A stretch of DNA of 64,000 nucleotides from a virus (IMGVR_UViG_3300048074_000120:32001-96000); one strand, 5' to 3'. Positions 17,978 through 28,469 are shown, counted from the stretch's first letter. The notes: a model not told the origin generated them from the letters alone. Made by a program: numbers and translations.

Positions 17978-20133
17978 CCCTGGAAAGCTATCACCTTCAG
18001 GCCCTCGATGACATCCTCGAGCGCACGAATAGCGCGTTCGATGGAGCCCTCCGGTACTTCACGTAGCCCAATCCTTGAACCAATCAGAAGCTCACAGAGG
18101 CGTCGTTGCGCCTCATCGAGCGTCGGAAGGTAGCCAACATACGTCGCCAAGTTCTCAGGATTGATGAAGCCGAGGGAGAGCACGGTGTCAACGGCAACCG
18201 GGTCCGTAATGGCTGCCGCTTCTTTCCACAGGCGGTGCCTAAATACCGGCGTTGACTCAAGAAATGCCTGAGCCGCCGTGTAACTCTCTCCACGCAGTTC
18301 AGACGCCAGCTTCAACTGATGCCCCACCCGCACGGTCTCCACACGGCTTGCGCCGGCGCAGGCCGAGGCGAGCTTCTGCTGGGCATAGCTGGGGTTGGCC
18401 CCAAGACCTACCAAAACAAATAGCGCACGGTCCTGGGTCAAGAACTCACGATCATCCGAAGCCAACTTCTCCACAGGAAAGCCGCGCAACGAGAAACAGT
18501 CGGCGCCGCCCGAGCGAACTTCCACCGAGGCAAGCTGACGCTGCACGGACGCCGTCTTACCCACATCCGCAGGGGACTCCGCCAATGAAATCTCAGCAGC
18601 CTGGTCCAAAGGGATCCAGCACCATCCGTCAGGGATGATCATCGTCCCATCAACGCCGACCACCGTCGCGACATAGGGCTGCACGCTCACCTGCACCTGC
18701 CGGCCATCAAAGGTCTCCGCCTGAAACCTGGGCTGATCATCCGTGCCTGGGCTCTGCATCGTGGCGCCAAGGGTCAACGGGAGCGTTGCGCACGGAACGC
18801 CACCGGCATCCGTGAAGAACACTCCGTGACCACTAGCCTGCCCGGCCGGCACTGAACCGGGAGGAGTGAACTCACCCACGGGCACGCCGGAGATATCCGA
18901 CTGCACCGCGGCATGCACACCATCGGTAAAGAGCGCGATCGGCAATGAGCTGCCATCAGTGTCGAGGAGATTAGGCAGCACCATGCCCGTCAGCATCTCA
19001 CCGTCGACGGCCTGCACCTGGTACATCCCCGGGGCCGAAATGGGACCAGCACCGGTGCCAAGAGGCGCACCCATGCCCGCTTCCGACACCCCTTCGCCGT
19101 CTGCCATCGTCACAGCGCCGGACATATCTGCGGCAAGCGCCACTTTGCCCCCGTAGCGTCGAACCACTTCACCACGATCTACGGTTTCAGACGTGGGCTC
19201 CCACGCATGATGACTCGCCGTCTTGACGGAGTAACCTTCAGCGAGCTTGACGACCTGCGTCACGCTAGGACGAATGTGGCTTTGTAGCGCTGAGGCTCGC
19301 TTCTCAATCGTGGTTGGAGTCGCAGAGCCAATACGCAAAATGGATCCGTGCGCGGCAACGTTCTCGGCAAAGGCCAACTTGATGTTGTGGTCACGAAGGC
19401 TCTCTTTGAACGCCTGCAAGTCAGTCACATTTGCCGTAGGCAGCACGGCATCCAGGATGGACGCAGTCTTGGTGGGCGACTTAGCCACCGCGGCATCTAG
19501 CGCAGCCAAGCGCATTCCGTGCAGCTGCTTTGATGAAGTGGCGGCTGCCGTCTTCTCAGACGAGCACTCACTTTCTAGCCATTGCTCGAGCGAAGCCGTC
19601 TTTGACGCGGTCTTTCCACCCATACCGGCACCAGCGGCAACACCGCCTCCGCCGAAGCCATAGTTCTGGCGGTAAGGCGGGTACAACTGCCCAATCATGG
19701 ACTGGTCGCCGGGGGTCTTACTGGTGACGTCAAAGTTCTGCGGGCGGAACATCGCTTGGCGCAAGCGCCCTTCCGTCAACGGCAGTGCCCGCGCATCATC
19801 CGTGAGAACTACATCAAACGGAGAGAGTTTTCCGTCCTTGATGATGACAGGAATACGCGCCGTGCGAATCCCCGCTGCCTTGAGCTGCTCTGGAGGAGAT
19901 GTCATTGGAGCCTCTGTCTTGTTCGTCACTTCAACGTGACCAAGGCCATACCCGCGCTCCCCATCAACCGTCTCCATGTTCACGTGCATGTCGAAGTCGG
20001 CCAAGTAGGGGACCTGCTTATATAGCTCCTGCAGCACAGCATCAATCCACTGATTGGGATCTTCCGGCAGCGCGGTCTCCGCAGCTGTCTTTTCAAATAC
20101 AAGTTGCGGAACGGTGTAGAGTGCCTGAGTCAT
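17974..20133 (-). CDS. large head-associated structural protein (K-x-A rich)
   Basis: 719 aa, GGAG RBS; 16 of about 25 lysines lie in K-x-A motifs. Confidence 0.8.
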   Translation of the reverse strand: MTQALYTVPQLVFEKTAAETALPEDPNQWIDAVLQELYKQVPYLADFDMHVNMETVDGERGYGLGHVEVTNKTEAPMTSPPEQLKAAGIRTARIPVIIKDGKLSPFDVVLTDDARALPLTEGRLRQAMFRPQNFDVTSKTPGDQSMIGQLYPPYRQNYGFGGGGVAAGAGMGGKTASKTASLEQWLESECSSEKTAAATSSKQLHGMRLAALDAAVAKSPTKTASILDAVLPTANVTDLQAFKESLRDHNIKLAFAENVAAHGSILRIGSATPTTIEKRASALQSHIRPSVTQVVKLAEGYSVKTASHHAWEPTSETVDRGEVVRRYGGKVALAADMSGAVTMADGEGVSEAGMGAPLGTGAGPISAPGMYQVQAVDGEMLTGMVLPNLLDTDGSSLPIALFTDGVHAAVQSDISGVPVGEFTPPGSVPAGQASGHGVFFTDAGGVPCATLPLTLGATMQSPGTDDQPRFQAETFDGRQVQVSVQPYVATVVGVDGTMIIPDGWCWIPLDQAAEISLAESPADVGKTASVQRQLASVEVRSGGADCFSLRGFPVEKLASDDREFLTQDRALFVLVGLGANPSYAQQKLASACAGASRVETVRVGHQLKLASELRGESYTAAQAFLESTPVFRHRLWKEAAAITDPVAVDTVLSLGFINPENLATYVGYLPTLDEAQRRLCELLIGSRIGLREVPEGSIERAIRALEDVIEGLKVIAFQG

Positions 20134-20143
20134 TCGCTAGCTC

Positions 20144-20788
20144 CTAACTGATCTTGATAATACCGCCCATAGCAGCAAAAACGGCAGGGTCTTCAGTCAC
20201 GAGGATAACCCCACTGACTATTCTGCTCGGGGGAATGGGGTCGTCCGGACCAAGTCCCACCGCAAAAGCCGCTGCGATCTCATTTCCGGTCAAACCCAAT
20301 GGGTCTCCTGTAAAGGACAGAAGATGTACTGGGCCTGCCGATAGCGCTGCCGTAATCTGGGCTACAAAACGCAACGCTGGAATCTTCACGGCAACTCCCG
20401 CAGCTAAAAGGGCACTGATGCCACCGAGCTTTAGGGCAAGACTTGCTTGTAGCGCTGCCATCGCTGAGATCTGTGCGCTGACTTGAAGCGACACCATGGG
20501 CAACCCCAAGGACAGGGCAAGCGCCAAAGATGCCTGCAGATTGGCAAGCGCCATGATAGTGGCTTGTATTGCCAGCGCCGGAGAAGACAAGCTGAGTGAC
20601 AGCTGAAGTTGTGCTGATATCGCCGCGGAGAACTGCGCCTGAAGGTCCGCCATAAACGGACCAAGGCCAAACTGCCCTGTAAGAAACAAGTCGAGTTGTA
20701 GCAACAATGGGTTTAGCAAACCGATGCCGGCAAGGAGACCAATATTGATCTCACCCAAGGTAAAACTACCAACGCTCGTCAATGCCAC
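20144..20788 (-). CDS. very hydrophobic Leu/Ala-rich baseplate-adjacent protein
   Basis: 214 aa, long uncharged core, directly downstream of the spike gene. Confidence 0.65.
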   Translation of the reverse strand: MALTSVGSFTLGEINIGLLAGIGLLNPLLLQLDLFLTGQFGLGPFMADLQAQFSAAISAQLQLSLSLSSPALAIQATIMALANLQASLALALSLGLPMVSLQVSAQISAMAALQASLALKLGGISALLAAGVAVKIPALRFVAQITAALSAGPVHLLSFTGDPLGLTGNEIAAAFAVGLGPDDPIPPSRIVSGVILVTEDPAVFAAMGGIIKIS

Positions 20789-20790
20789 GG

Positions 20791-22062
20791 CTAGCCACCA
20801 TTCCCTAACAGCGTCGCATCACCAGATGTGACTGAACCAGCAATCTGTAGCATCATAGGTACTCCGCCAATCGGGGCAAAGCCTGGAGGCCCCGGTACCG
20901 CCATGAGCAAGTTTGGTGGAAGGGTACAGGTAACGGTGGACCCAAGCGTGGCAATGGGGGTCTTACCTCCATTGAACTTGATGACCTTGCCCGTCAGCTC
21001 AAACGTACCGCCTACGGTGACCTTGGCGTCGTTCTTCACGCTCATGTTGAAGGTGTTGTCAGCAAAAATCTCCATCTCCTGCTTTACGCGAAGCCGCAAC
21101 TTCTTTGTGCAAAGGAGCCCCACGTTGCCATTGAACTTGAGAAAGGCATTACCCGCTCTATCAAAAGAAAACTTCAGCTTCACAAGAGATCCGGTGTTTG
21201 GCAACAGCGAGCTGTCTTCCCCGTTGAACCCGCCACGGGCCAGTGTCAGCTCGTACACGATGGGCTCGGTCTTGCCGAGCTCTGCAACCTGTTGATCAAC
21301 GAGGGCATCCTCATCGACCTCAGGCACAGGATCATGCACACGCCCCGCCGCGATACGGATATCGGCGTACTTGTCGTTCGCGTACACACGCAGCGCCTGC
21401 TTATACTCCGTTGGCAGGTTTGTAATGCCTTCCCCCTCCTGAATGCCCCATCGAATGGAACCCCCAGCCGTATGCATCGCATAGTTCTCAGCAAAGTCCA
21501 TCACCATGTTGTTGAGTGGCACGTAGATGCGCTGCGACAGCTCATTGGCACCTATCTGCAGCACACCTCCACGATGAAGCACGATGAAGTTCCCATCGCG
21601 CCCCCGCACGAACATATCGCCGGGCTTTGCCGTAGGACGCCCGCCAGCAAAGCTTGCGTTCGTCGCAGACTGGTTGTCGCTCCCGTGGCTTGTAGTCCCA
21701 TCGGGGGCGTCCGGGCTCGTTGCCATAGGGATCGTCTCGTGCGGCATCACAAACGCCAGCACGAAAGGAGGAGAGCTATCCCCTGGCCAACACACAGCAC
21801 ACTTGGCGCCGACCTCGGGCATGACGCTAAAGCCATCCCCACGATTCGCATGCAAGTAAGGCGAGCCAACAGGGATCTGAAAGCAGCGCTGCTGGTCGAA
21901 CTGGCTAAAAACGTCTACGGTGTAGTTCACCAGATCGACGTTCACCACGCGACCGAGGAAGATATCCGTTCTGCCCAGGCCCTCGGGGGACGTCATGGAA
22001 GAGCGGAACTCTGTCCGCGGCATCCGTGCCCCACGGGCTGCACTAAGTCCTTGCCTGGGCAT
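20791..22062 (-). CDS. baseplate central spike (Gp5/GpV/VgrG-like)
   Basis: N-terminal OB-fold pattern GRVVNVD...MPEVGAKCAV; C-terminal beta-strand repeats (FELTGKVIKFNGG...VTSG). Confidence 0.7.
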   Translation of the reverse strand: MPRQGLSAARGARMPRTEFRSSMTSPEGLGRTDIFLGRVVNVDLVNYTVDVFSQFDQQRCFQIPVGSPYLHANRGDGFSVMPEVGAKCAVCWPGDSSPPFVLAFVMPHETIPMATSPDAPDGTTSHGSDNQSATNASFAGGRPTAKPGDMFVRGRDGNFIVLHRGGVLQIGANELSQRIYVPLNNMVMDFAENYAMHTAGGSIRWGIQEGEGITNLPTEYKQALRVYANDKYADIRIAAGRVHDPVPEVDEDALVDQQVAELGKTEPIVYELTLARGGFNGEDSSLLPNTGSLVKLKFSFDRAGNAFLKFNGNVGLLCTKKLRLRVKQEMEIFADNTFNMSVKNDAKVTVGGTFELTGKVIKFNGGKTPIATLGSTVTCTLPPNLLMAVPGPPGFAPIGGVPMMLQIAGSVTSGDATLLGNGG

Positions 22063-25000
22063 TAGTAGGCGTGCCTCGGTACATTGTGCAGGTGCGACAA
22101 AGCCAATCGTCCTTTAGCGTGCTCAGCGTTCAATCCAAACTCGCTGCCCACAGCCATGCCTGGGATCGGGTGCAAGCCATGCAGGTTCGACCTAGCACCA
22201 ACATTGGCGGCATCAAGCAGCGTGTCCGTTAGTCGCTCGTGCTGAAGCTTAGCCATCCAATCTTCCTGCAGCGACAACGGCATCATCTCCACGCCCTTCA
22301 AAACGGGCTCATGCTCGATTAGCCGCTTGCCGCTTCTGGCCAAATCCCGATTGACCGCACTAATGACTGAGGTGGGATGAAACTCACCCCGAAGTATACC
22401 CTCACCGTCACCAGGGTCCCGAATCTTGGTGAGGTTACTCATGGCCTTGACGACGGTCTCGATGTGACCCCGCTTGATGCCTTCGTCCTTGTACAGGCGA
22501 TGAATCTCATCGGCCATATAGTTCTGGACGGACTCAATGCTGCCCGTGGCCTTGTAGAGATCGTGTGGATTCACGATAGTACGGCGCGGATCGCTCAACA
22601 GCTGACCACGCTCCACATGCATCCCCACATGCGGCGGGGCCCAGCCTGCCACGGGTTCATCAGACGCCGGTCGCCACAGCGGCGTACCGCCAACGTCTTT
22701 GCCCACATGGTGCTTCTTGCCGCCGACGAAGACGTTCACACCCGTAGAGTCCTTCTCGACTCGCTCGATAGTGCCTGACTTCATGGCAACCGCGGCCACC
22801 GTCGGATCACCAGGCTTTGGCTTCGGTAGCGTCATCAGCTGATTGAACCGGTCAAATCCGCCAAGCACTTTTGAACCGCCACCTGTGTCGACGGAGCCAC
22901 CCGTATGGAAAACGCGCAGCGTCAGCTGCATAGCGCGCTCGCCTAACGACTGGGCCGCTACAACGCCAATATTCTCACCGATGTCGTGCATGTGACCGTT
23001 CGCTGAAATGCCCATACACTTTTGGCAAACGCCCTTGGCATGCTCGCACTTCAAGGGGCTACGTACCTCAATCTTAGCGGTCTTGTCCGCTGCCCGCATC
23101 TTCGAAACAACATCAGAGGTAAGCAGCGTGCCGGCAGGTACATGCATGCCCTTGGCGCTGAAGTCCTTCTGCAAGAACCGATCGTGGACATCATTGTCAA
23201 CAACCGGAAGCACAATCCCTCGAGCCGTCCCACAGTCGTGCCCTGACACCACCATGTCCATGGTGTTAGCCATCATCAACTTCGATAGGTAACCAGGCTC
23301 GCGCACCTCTTGTACTTTCATCACGGCACCGTGCCGGGCTCCGTGCATCTGCGTCCAATACTCCCCGGTATCCAAGCCCTCCGCATAGCTCTTAGTAATC
23401 GGCGTTGGAATGACCCTGCCCGACGCATCCTTCACGAGCATAGGTGCTAACGTGAGCTGCTTGTATTGGTTCCAATCCGGCTTTACCCCAGCAAGGTGCA
23501 TGGTCATCAGGTTACTCGGGCCGCCCGCATGCCGCAGCAAATGCTCGTGCTGCATCTTATCGGTGGCTTCCTTCCAGATGCGAACGAGCTCTCTGTCCCC
23601 CTTGGCGCCCTGCATGTGCTGATTGTTGGTGACCGCGTCTGCCTCTTTCCTAGCAGCCGAAAGCACGCGCTCTCGCGTTGCAATGTCAGGCGCTAAATCC
23701 GCAAGGCTCAAGGTGTGCACCCCAATCGGGATGTACATACGCTTTGACGGGTCAAGTCGATCAGCACCTACGTAGCCATCGTGCTCAACCGTAATGACGC
23801 CGCTTGCCGCACCGTTACCAATATCTTTCAGCTTGTCAGCCACAGCACCGTAGTCGCTGCTGTGCTCTTTGCCCACTTGCGTGAGTACCTTGTCCAACCC
23901 CTTCTTGTTCAAACGAAGGCTGAGATCGGTCAAGAACTTCCCCTGCATGGGTTCTGGCAGCGCCGCCGCCATGAGGATTCTGCCGGGGGTTGTTGTCTGC
24001 GACCCGATACGTATCTTGTCATTCACGGACAACTTACCCTTTTGGACGGCAATCAGCGCGTCTGCTGGGTGAGCCATGTCGTGAACCTTCGACTCCTCAT
24101 TTACTCTCGAGAGCTTGTAAAGGCCTAGCGCCGCCTCTAGCGTTGGCTGGTACATGGCCCTTCCGGAGGCCTCACTGAAGAGGTTATGCGAAGGGAACAT
24201 CTTACGGGCCTCGGCCACAGCCTCGTCACTGACTGGTACAAACACGCTCATCGTATCGCCATCGAAGTCCGCGTTGTACCCACCAGTAACTAGCGGATGA
24301 ATCTTGACAGCATTACCTTCCACGACGCGCGGCTTGAACGCCTGCACGCTGTACTTATGAAGCGCCGGATCTCGCTTCAAAAGAACAGGCCGCTCCTCGA
24401 GTACGGTCCGAAGTGCCCTCTGCGCCGCAGGCGTGTTCTTGGTAACCATGCGCTGCGCATCTAGCACCGTAGCGGCCATGCCAGACTTCTTCAACTGCCC
24501 TACGACAAACGGGGCAAACAACTTCATGGCGTGCTCAGCAGGCAGCCCCACCTCGTCCAAAGACAAGGAAGGCTCGGGCACGATGGTTGAGCGCATGCTC
24601 AAGTCTTGCTTACGGCTAATCAGCGTGCTCTGGAAGTACCCGGTCTTTGGCTGCGCGCCTTTGATCTGGTGCAGTAGCCCTTTATGCTTTGCATCCGCGT
24701 ACGGGATACCAACCCCCGTCAGCGCCTTGACGCCGTCATAGAGACCGGCCCGGAGCGAGGACTTAGCCTCTTCCGTGAGGTTGCCGACCAGGGTGGGATC
24801 CTTCAGCTGCATATTCAACTGGGCAAACTGTGAATAGAGCTCGTTGATGTCCGAGACCTTGAAGTTCCCATCCGGCAAAACAGGGATTGGGCGCATTGCG
24901 GGGGGAAGCACAGGAATGCTGTGCAGCACATAGGCCTCCGCTGGAGAGAGACCCGCCTGCTGCAATGCCTGCAGACGCTTCACCTTCTTCAAGATGGAGT

Positions 25001-28000
25001 CCACCTTAGAGGTAGGCGCCGAGTCCAACTGGCGCTTTGCCGACTTCAACTCGCTGTCCACATTTACGCCAGACAGTAGATGGTAGATAGCCGAGCCACC
25101 CGTAAAGCCTTTGCCCAAGGCAACCGGTTTACCCGCCGCATCGATGGCCTTTCTGCCCTCAACTAACCCGGTGTAGTCCTCTGCACTCAATCCCGTGATG
25201 GCTCGGATAGAACTCTCAAAGACTGGGTTCGGCACTGGCTCTGCTAGCTCGATGCGGCTCCACTTCTTGCCGCCGTGCCCACCCGTTAGCTTCTCGTCAA
25301 AAAGGCCCCCGGGCTTTGGCTTAGGCTCACCTGACTTTGGGTCAAGCTTTGCATAAAGCATCTCAGCGGGCTTCGGTAACACGCGATCTTCCGTCAACGC
25401 CTTGATGTGAGCGTCCGTCAACGGAGAGAGCACAAACTCATGCCCCTTCTTCTCAATGTTGATGCCAGCACCGATGAGCATGTCGGTGAACTTCTTGAAG
25501 GCAAACGTAGGCTTTGGTACCGGCAAGGGATCCCCATGCTGAATGGCGTCCCACACATCATGGTGCTGGCTCTGCCACTGCTTCTGGGGACTTGCCGACA
25601 TGTCCGGGCCTTCGCTCTTCCAGGTCTGCATTTCCCGGATATTCGCGCGGGCGCCATGGGCGAGCATCGCGTAAAGGCCCAGAGGATCCATGGACTGACC
25701 ACCGGCGTGCCCGCCGCCTGACGGCTGCAAGTTGATATCGTACTTCCCGGGCTCCTGCCCAGGCAGGTTCAACCCAGAACGCACCGAGACTTTCTTGTCC
25801 ACCTGATGGTGCAACTTGATCATGTGCTGGTAACCAACCAGCGCTTGACCCAAATCTTGGCCCGTCGTGGGATCAACCAGATGCTCGGTGTCACTGATGC
25901 CGTGCTCTTTCAACTCACGCTGCACCTTGGCCAATTGGTTTTGTACACCGAAGTTGTTCACCACGTAGGGCTTACCAGTCTTCTTGGCAATCTTGCTTGC
26001 TGCCGTCTCGAGCACTTGTCCCACATTCATTCGACCTGGTACACCAGATGGATTGAGCGCCACCTCAATGTGCTTGCCGTCCTTGGTATGCGGCATCTCC
26101 TTGTCAGGAACTACCTTCGTAACGATGCCTTTGTTGCCGTAGCGGCCCGCTATCTTGTCGCCCACCTGCATGGGCTCAATAGCCTTGATGTGAACAATGA
26201 CCTCGCCACCTTTACGAAAAGCCCCAACAACTTCACCGGGACCTTCCCCGTGCCACACCAAAGAATGGTCAGCGTACTGATCCCCGAGGCTCTTACGAAT
26301 CGCAGACAAGCCCGTTCGATCTTGCGTACTCGTCTTCTTCATCGCTAGGATCAGCGGGTCACCGGGTGACACACGAGACCCAACTCGAATGACGCCGTCG
26401 TCACCTATCGAGCTGACCTGGTCCCTGTTATAAATCCCGATATGCTGGGTCAAGTAGCGACCCTTGGCAAGCACAGTGTCGTCGTCCACCGCCAGGTTGT
26501 GCTTATGCAAATGGACACTGCTCAGCTTCTTGGCGGCGCTTTCACTAACAACGACGCCGTCTTCGAAGTTGTAACCCTTGTACGGGATATAGGCCACTCG
26601 CAGGTTTGTGCCGAGCGCAATCACACCCTGCCGTGAGAAGTTTGTATCAGCCACCACTTGGCCCTTACGGACGTGGTCACCAACCTTCACCAAGGGAGTT
26701 GAGTCGAGCACTGACTTGGCGTCATTCAGTGGGTAGTTACGATAGATCTGAACCTCATGGTCCCTACCGTCATGACCTGCGATAACAACTGAGTCGTTTC
26801 CTACCTTCTTCACGGTACCAGCGGCGGGGGCATGGTGCGAAGCCTGTGTCCCGATAACTTCTTCGAAGGTGCTTGCCCCTTCCCAGTCGCGGCCCGTCCC
26901 TACCCGCACGAGCGGTGCCTCTCGATGTTCGAGTGAAATGGCCTGTTCCATGTGGCGCGTCGCCATGGAGGCACGCCCGCCAGAGGTGTTGTTGATGAAC
27001 GGAATGAGGTTACTTGTGACGTTGAAGAATTGAGACGGATGCCTCATCACATAGTCGGCATCCTTCAAGTGCCCCTCGGCAATCTCATTGCCAGGCGCTG
27101 ACCACTTCACCGTAGAGGACTTCGGGGTTGGGTGGTCATCGTGCCACTCCACCTGGTCAGGAAGTACAACCTTGGACTTCAGGAACTTGGCCGGGCCCAC
27201 GTACTCAATCTGTCCGGTCGACATATTGTAAAGAGGCACCTGCGGCTCGTTGCCGTGTTTTCGCACGCCTAGTGGCATGCGCAGCGTCACTCCCGTTTTA
27301 CTTCCTTCCGGTGTGTGGATGGGATCCAGGAAGCACATGTGCGACGGGTTGACGAACTTGACCTCGTCCAAGATGGCATTCTCTGACTGAATACCGCCCG
27401 GGCCCATCACCGTGGTCTGTTGCGCGGCAGAGACCATCTCGACGGGATTCACCTGCTTTGCTACCTGCGCGGCCGAGTTCTTGTGAAAGGTCTCTCGGAT
27501 GGGCTTATTGAATGCCTCAAGACGAACGACGTCCCTAGGATTACTTGCCTCGTTGATCTGTCGCATCATCTTGCGGCGGATTGCTGGGCCTTCCTGCATT
27601 AGCTTCTCGTAGGAAAAATCACCCACGCTACGCAGATCCTTGAACACCAAAGAGTCTCGATCATCGGAAGGGGCACCGCCGTGCACATCGAGCATCTTCT
27701 TAGTCGCCCGCAGCATTACATCGCTATCCACGTGATCCGCAGGCTTACCAAGGGTGAGGGCGGTGGCATCCGGACGCATATCGAACTCTTTGAAGTGCTG
27801 AGTCACATTGGCCACAGCCGCTGCGTGCGAAGGAGGGTCTACCCTGCGCGTTGTTCGATAGAAGCTGTCCACGGCGCCTGCCACATTGCGGGCACCTTTG
27901 TTGGCAGCCAAGATGTCCTTGCCCCAGGACTTCTCTAAATCGGCGTCGGAAACGCCAAGGGTCGTTAGCAGCGGATAAAGCGGGATGCGTGCCTTAGTGC

Positions 28001-28469
28001 CGAACTCGACACGGAACTCTTTCGAGTCGTCGTCGAAGGTCACCTTGAAGGAAGGCTTTTTGGAGGATTGAAACTGGGTCTCGATCTGCCCTGTCTGCCT
28101 GCGTCGTACATAAGCTCCGGGCTTGAGCTGCCACTGGTTGTCTACTTGGTACTCCTGCCCAGAGATAATCTGGCTGTGCCGGCAAGTGACCTTGGGTAGC
28201 TCCGCAATTCGCGTCTTCGCCCGAGTCTCTTTGCCGCTCACTTTGTCCCGAAGAACCAAGTGTGCAATCACAGGCACTCCCCAGGTCTGCCCGGTCACCT
28301 TGGCCTGGTGTTGGCTGCGGATGTCATCCGGGTCAAGGCTGTCCTGCACCTCGAGGTGCTCCAACTCCAGTACTTGATTTCGGCCGTCGACTGGAAACTG
28401 CTTCCTAATCGCTTCAAGCGAACGGTCACGGTAGTGGTCAAAGGCTTCGGTTGGGTCCAAGTACGACAT
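22062..28469 (-). CDS. rpoBC: single-chain fused beta-beta' DNA-directed RNA polymerase (2135 aa)
   Basis: beta motifs GPGG, TPEG, GYNFED, GDKIAGRYGNKG, LNPSGVPGRMNVGQVLE; beta' motifs VLPP.MRP, KRDPALH, NADFDGD (24255-24275), HGARHG, C..GVCQKCMG, QLTLRVFHTGG; start MSYL at 28469 with GGAGA RBS. Confidence 0.95.
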   Translation of the reverse strand: MSYLDPTEAFDHYRDRSLEAIRKQFPVDGRNQVLELEHLEVQDSLDPDDIRSQHQAKVTGQTWGVPVIAHLVLRDKVSGKETRAKTRIAELPKVTCRHSQIISGQEYQVDNQWQLKPGAYVRRRQTGQIETQFQSSKKPSFKVTFDDDSKEFRVEFGTKARIPLYPLLTTLGVSDADLEKSWGKDILAANKGARNVAGAVDSFYRTTRRVDPPSHAAAVANVTQHFKEFDMRPDATALTLGKPADHVDSDVMLRATKKMLDVHGGAPSDDRDSLVFKDLRSVGDFSYEKLMQEGPAIRRKMMRQINEASNPRDVVRLEAFNKPIRETFHKNSAAQVAKQVNPVEMVSAAQQTTVMGPGGIQSENAILDEVKFVNPSHMCFLDPIHTPEGSKTGVTLRMPLGVRKHGNEPQVPLYNMSTGQIEYVGPAKFLKSKVVLPDQVEWHDDHPTPKSSTVKWSAPGNEIAEGHLKDADYVMRHPSQFFNVTSNLIPFINNTSGGRASMATRHMEQAISLEHREAPLVRVGTGRDWEGASTFEEVIGTQASHHAPAAGTVKKVGNDSVVIAGHDGRDHEVQIYRNYPLNDAKSVLDSTPLVKVGDHVRKGQVVADTNFSRQGVIALGTNLRVAYIPYKGYNFEDGVVVSESAAKKLSSVHLHKHNLAVDDDTVLAKGRYLTQHIGIYNRDQVSSIGDDGVIRVGSRVSPGDPLILAMKKTSTQDRTGLSAIRKSLGDQYADHSLVWHGEGPGEVVGAFRKGGEVIVHIKAIEPMQVGDKIAGRYGNKGIVTKVVPDKEMPHTKDGKHIEVALNPSGVPGRMNVGQVLETAASKIAKKTGKPYVVNNFGVQNQLAKVQRELKEHGISDTEHLVDPTTGQDLGQALVGYQHMIKLHHQVDKKVSVRSGLNLPGQEPGKYDINLQPSGGGHAGGQSMDPLGLYAMLAHGARANIREMQTWKSEGPDMSASPQKQWQSQHHDVWDAIQHGDPLPVPKPTFAFKKFTDMLIGAGINIEKKGHEFVLSPLTDAHIKALTEDRVLPKPAEMLYAKLDPKSGEPKPKPGGLFDEKLTGGHGGKKWSRIELAEPVPNPVFESSIRAITGLSAEDYTGLVEGRKAIDAAGKPVALGKGFTGGSAIYHLLSGVNVDSELKSAKRQLDSAPTSKVDSILKKVKRLQALQQAGLSPAEAYVLHSIPVLPPAMRPIPVLPDGNFKVSDINELYSQFAQLNMQLKDPTLVGNLTEEAKSSLRAGLYDGVKALTGVGIPYADAKHKGLLHQIKGAQPKTGYFQSTLISRKQDLSMRSTIVPEPSLSLDEVGLPAEHAMKLFAPFVVGQLKKSGMAATVLDAQRMVTKNTPAAQRALRTVLEERPVLLKRDPALHKYSVQAFKPRVVEGNAVKIHPLVTGGYNADFDGDTMSVFVPVSDEAVAEARKMFPSHNLFSEASGRAMYQPTLEAALGLYKLSRVNEESKVHDMAHPADALIAVQKGKLSVNDKIRIGSQTTTPGRILMAAALPEPMQGKFLTDLSLRLNKKGLDKVLTQVGKEHSSDYGAVADKLKDIGNGAASGVITVEHDGYVGADRLDPSKRMYIPIGVHTLSLADLAPDIATRERVLSAARKEADAVTNNQHMQGAKGDRELVRIWKEATDKMQHEHLLRHAGGPSNLMTMHLAGVKPDWNQYKQLTLAPMLVKDASGRVIPTPITKSYAEGLDTGEYWTQMHGARHGAVMKVQEVREPGYLSKLMMANTMDMVVSGHDCGTARGIVLPVVDNDVHDRFLQKDFSAKGMHVPAGTLLTSDVVSKMRAADKTAKIEVRSPLKCEHAKGVCQKCMGISANGHMHDIGENIGVVAAQSLGERAMQLTLRVFHTGGSVDTGGGSKVLGGFDRFNQLMTLPKPKPGDPTVAAVAMKSGTIERVEKDSTGVNVFVGGKKHHVGKDVGGTPLWRPASDEPVAGWAPPHVGMHVERGQLLSDPRRTIVNPHDLYKATGSIESVQNYMADEIHRLYKDEGIKRGHIETVVKAMSNLTKIRDPGDGEGILRGEFHPTSVISAVNRDLARSGKRLIEHEPVLKGVEMMPLSLQEDWMAKLQHERLTDTLLDAANVGARSNLHGLHPIPGMAVGSEFGLNAEHAKGRLALSHLHNVPRHAY

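Noticed and set aside
22062-28469. RNAP as a K-x-A-processed virion core protein
   Set aside because: K-x-A frequency looks like background and there are no terminal sites; packaging without processing is still possible.
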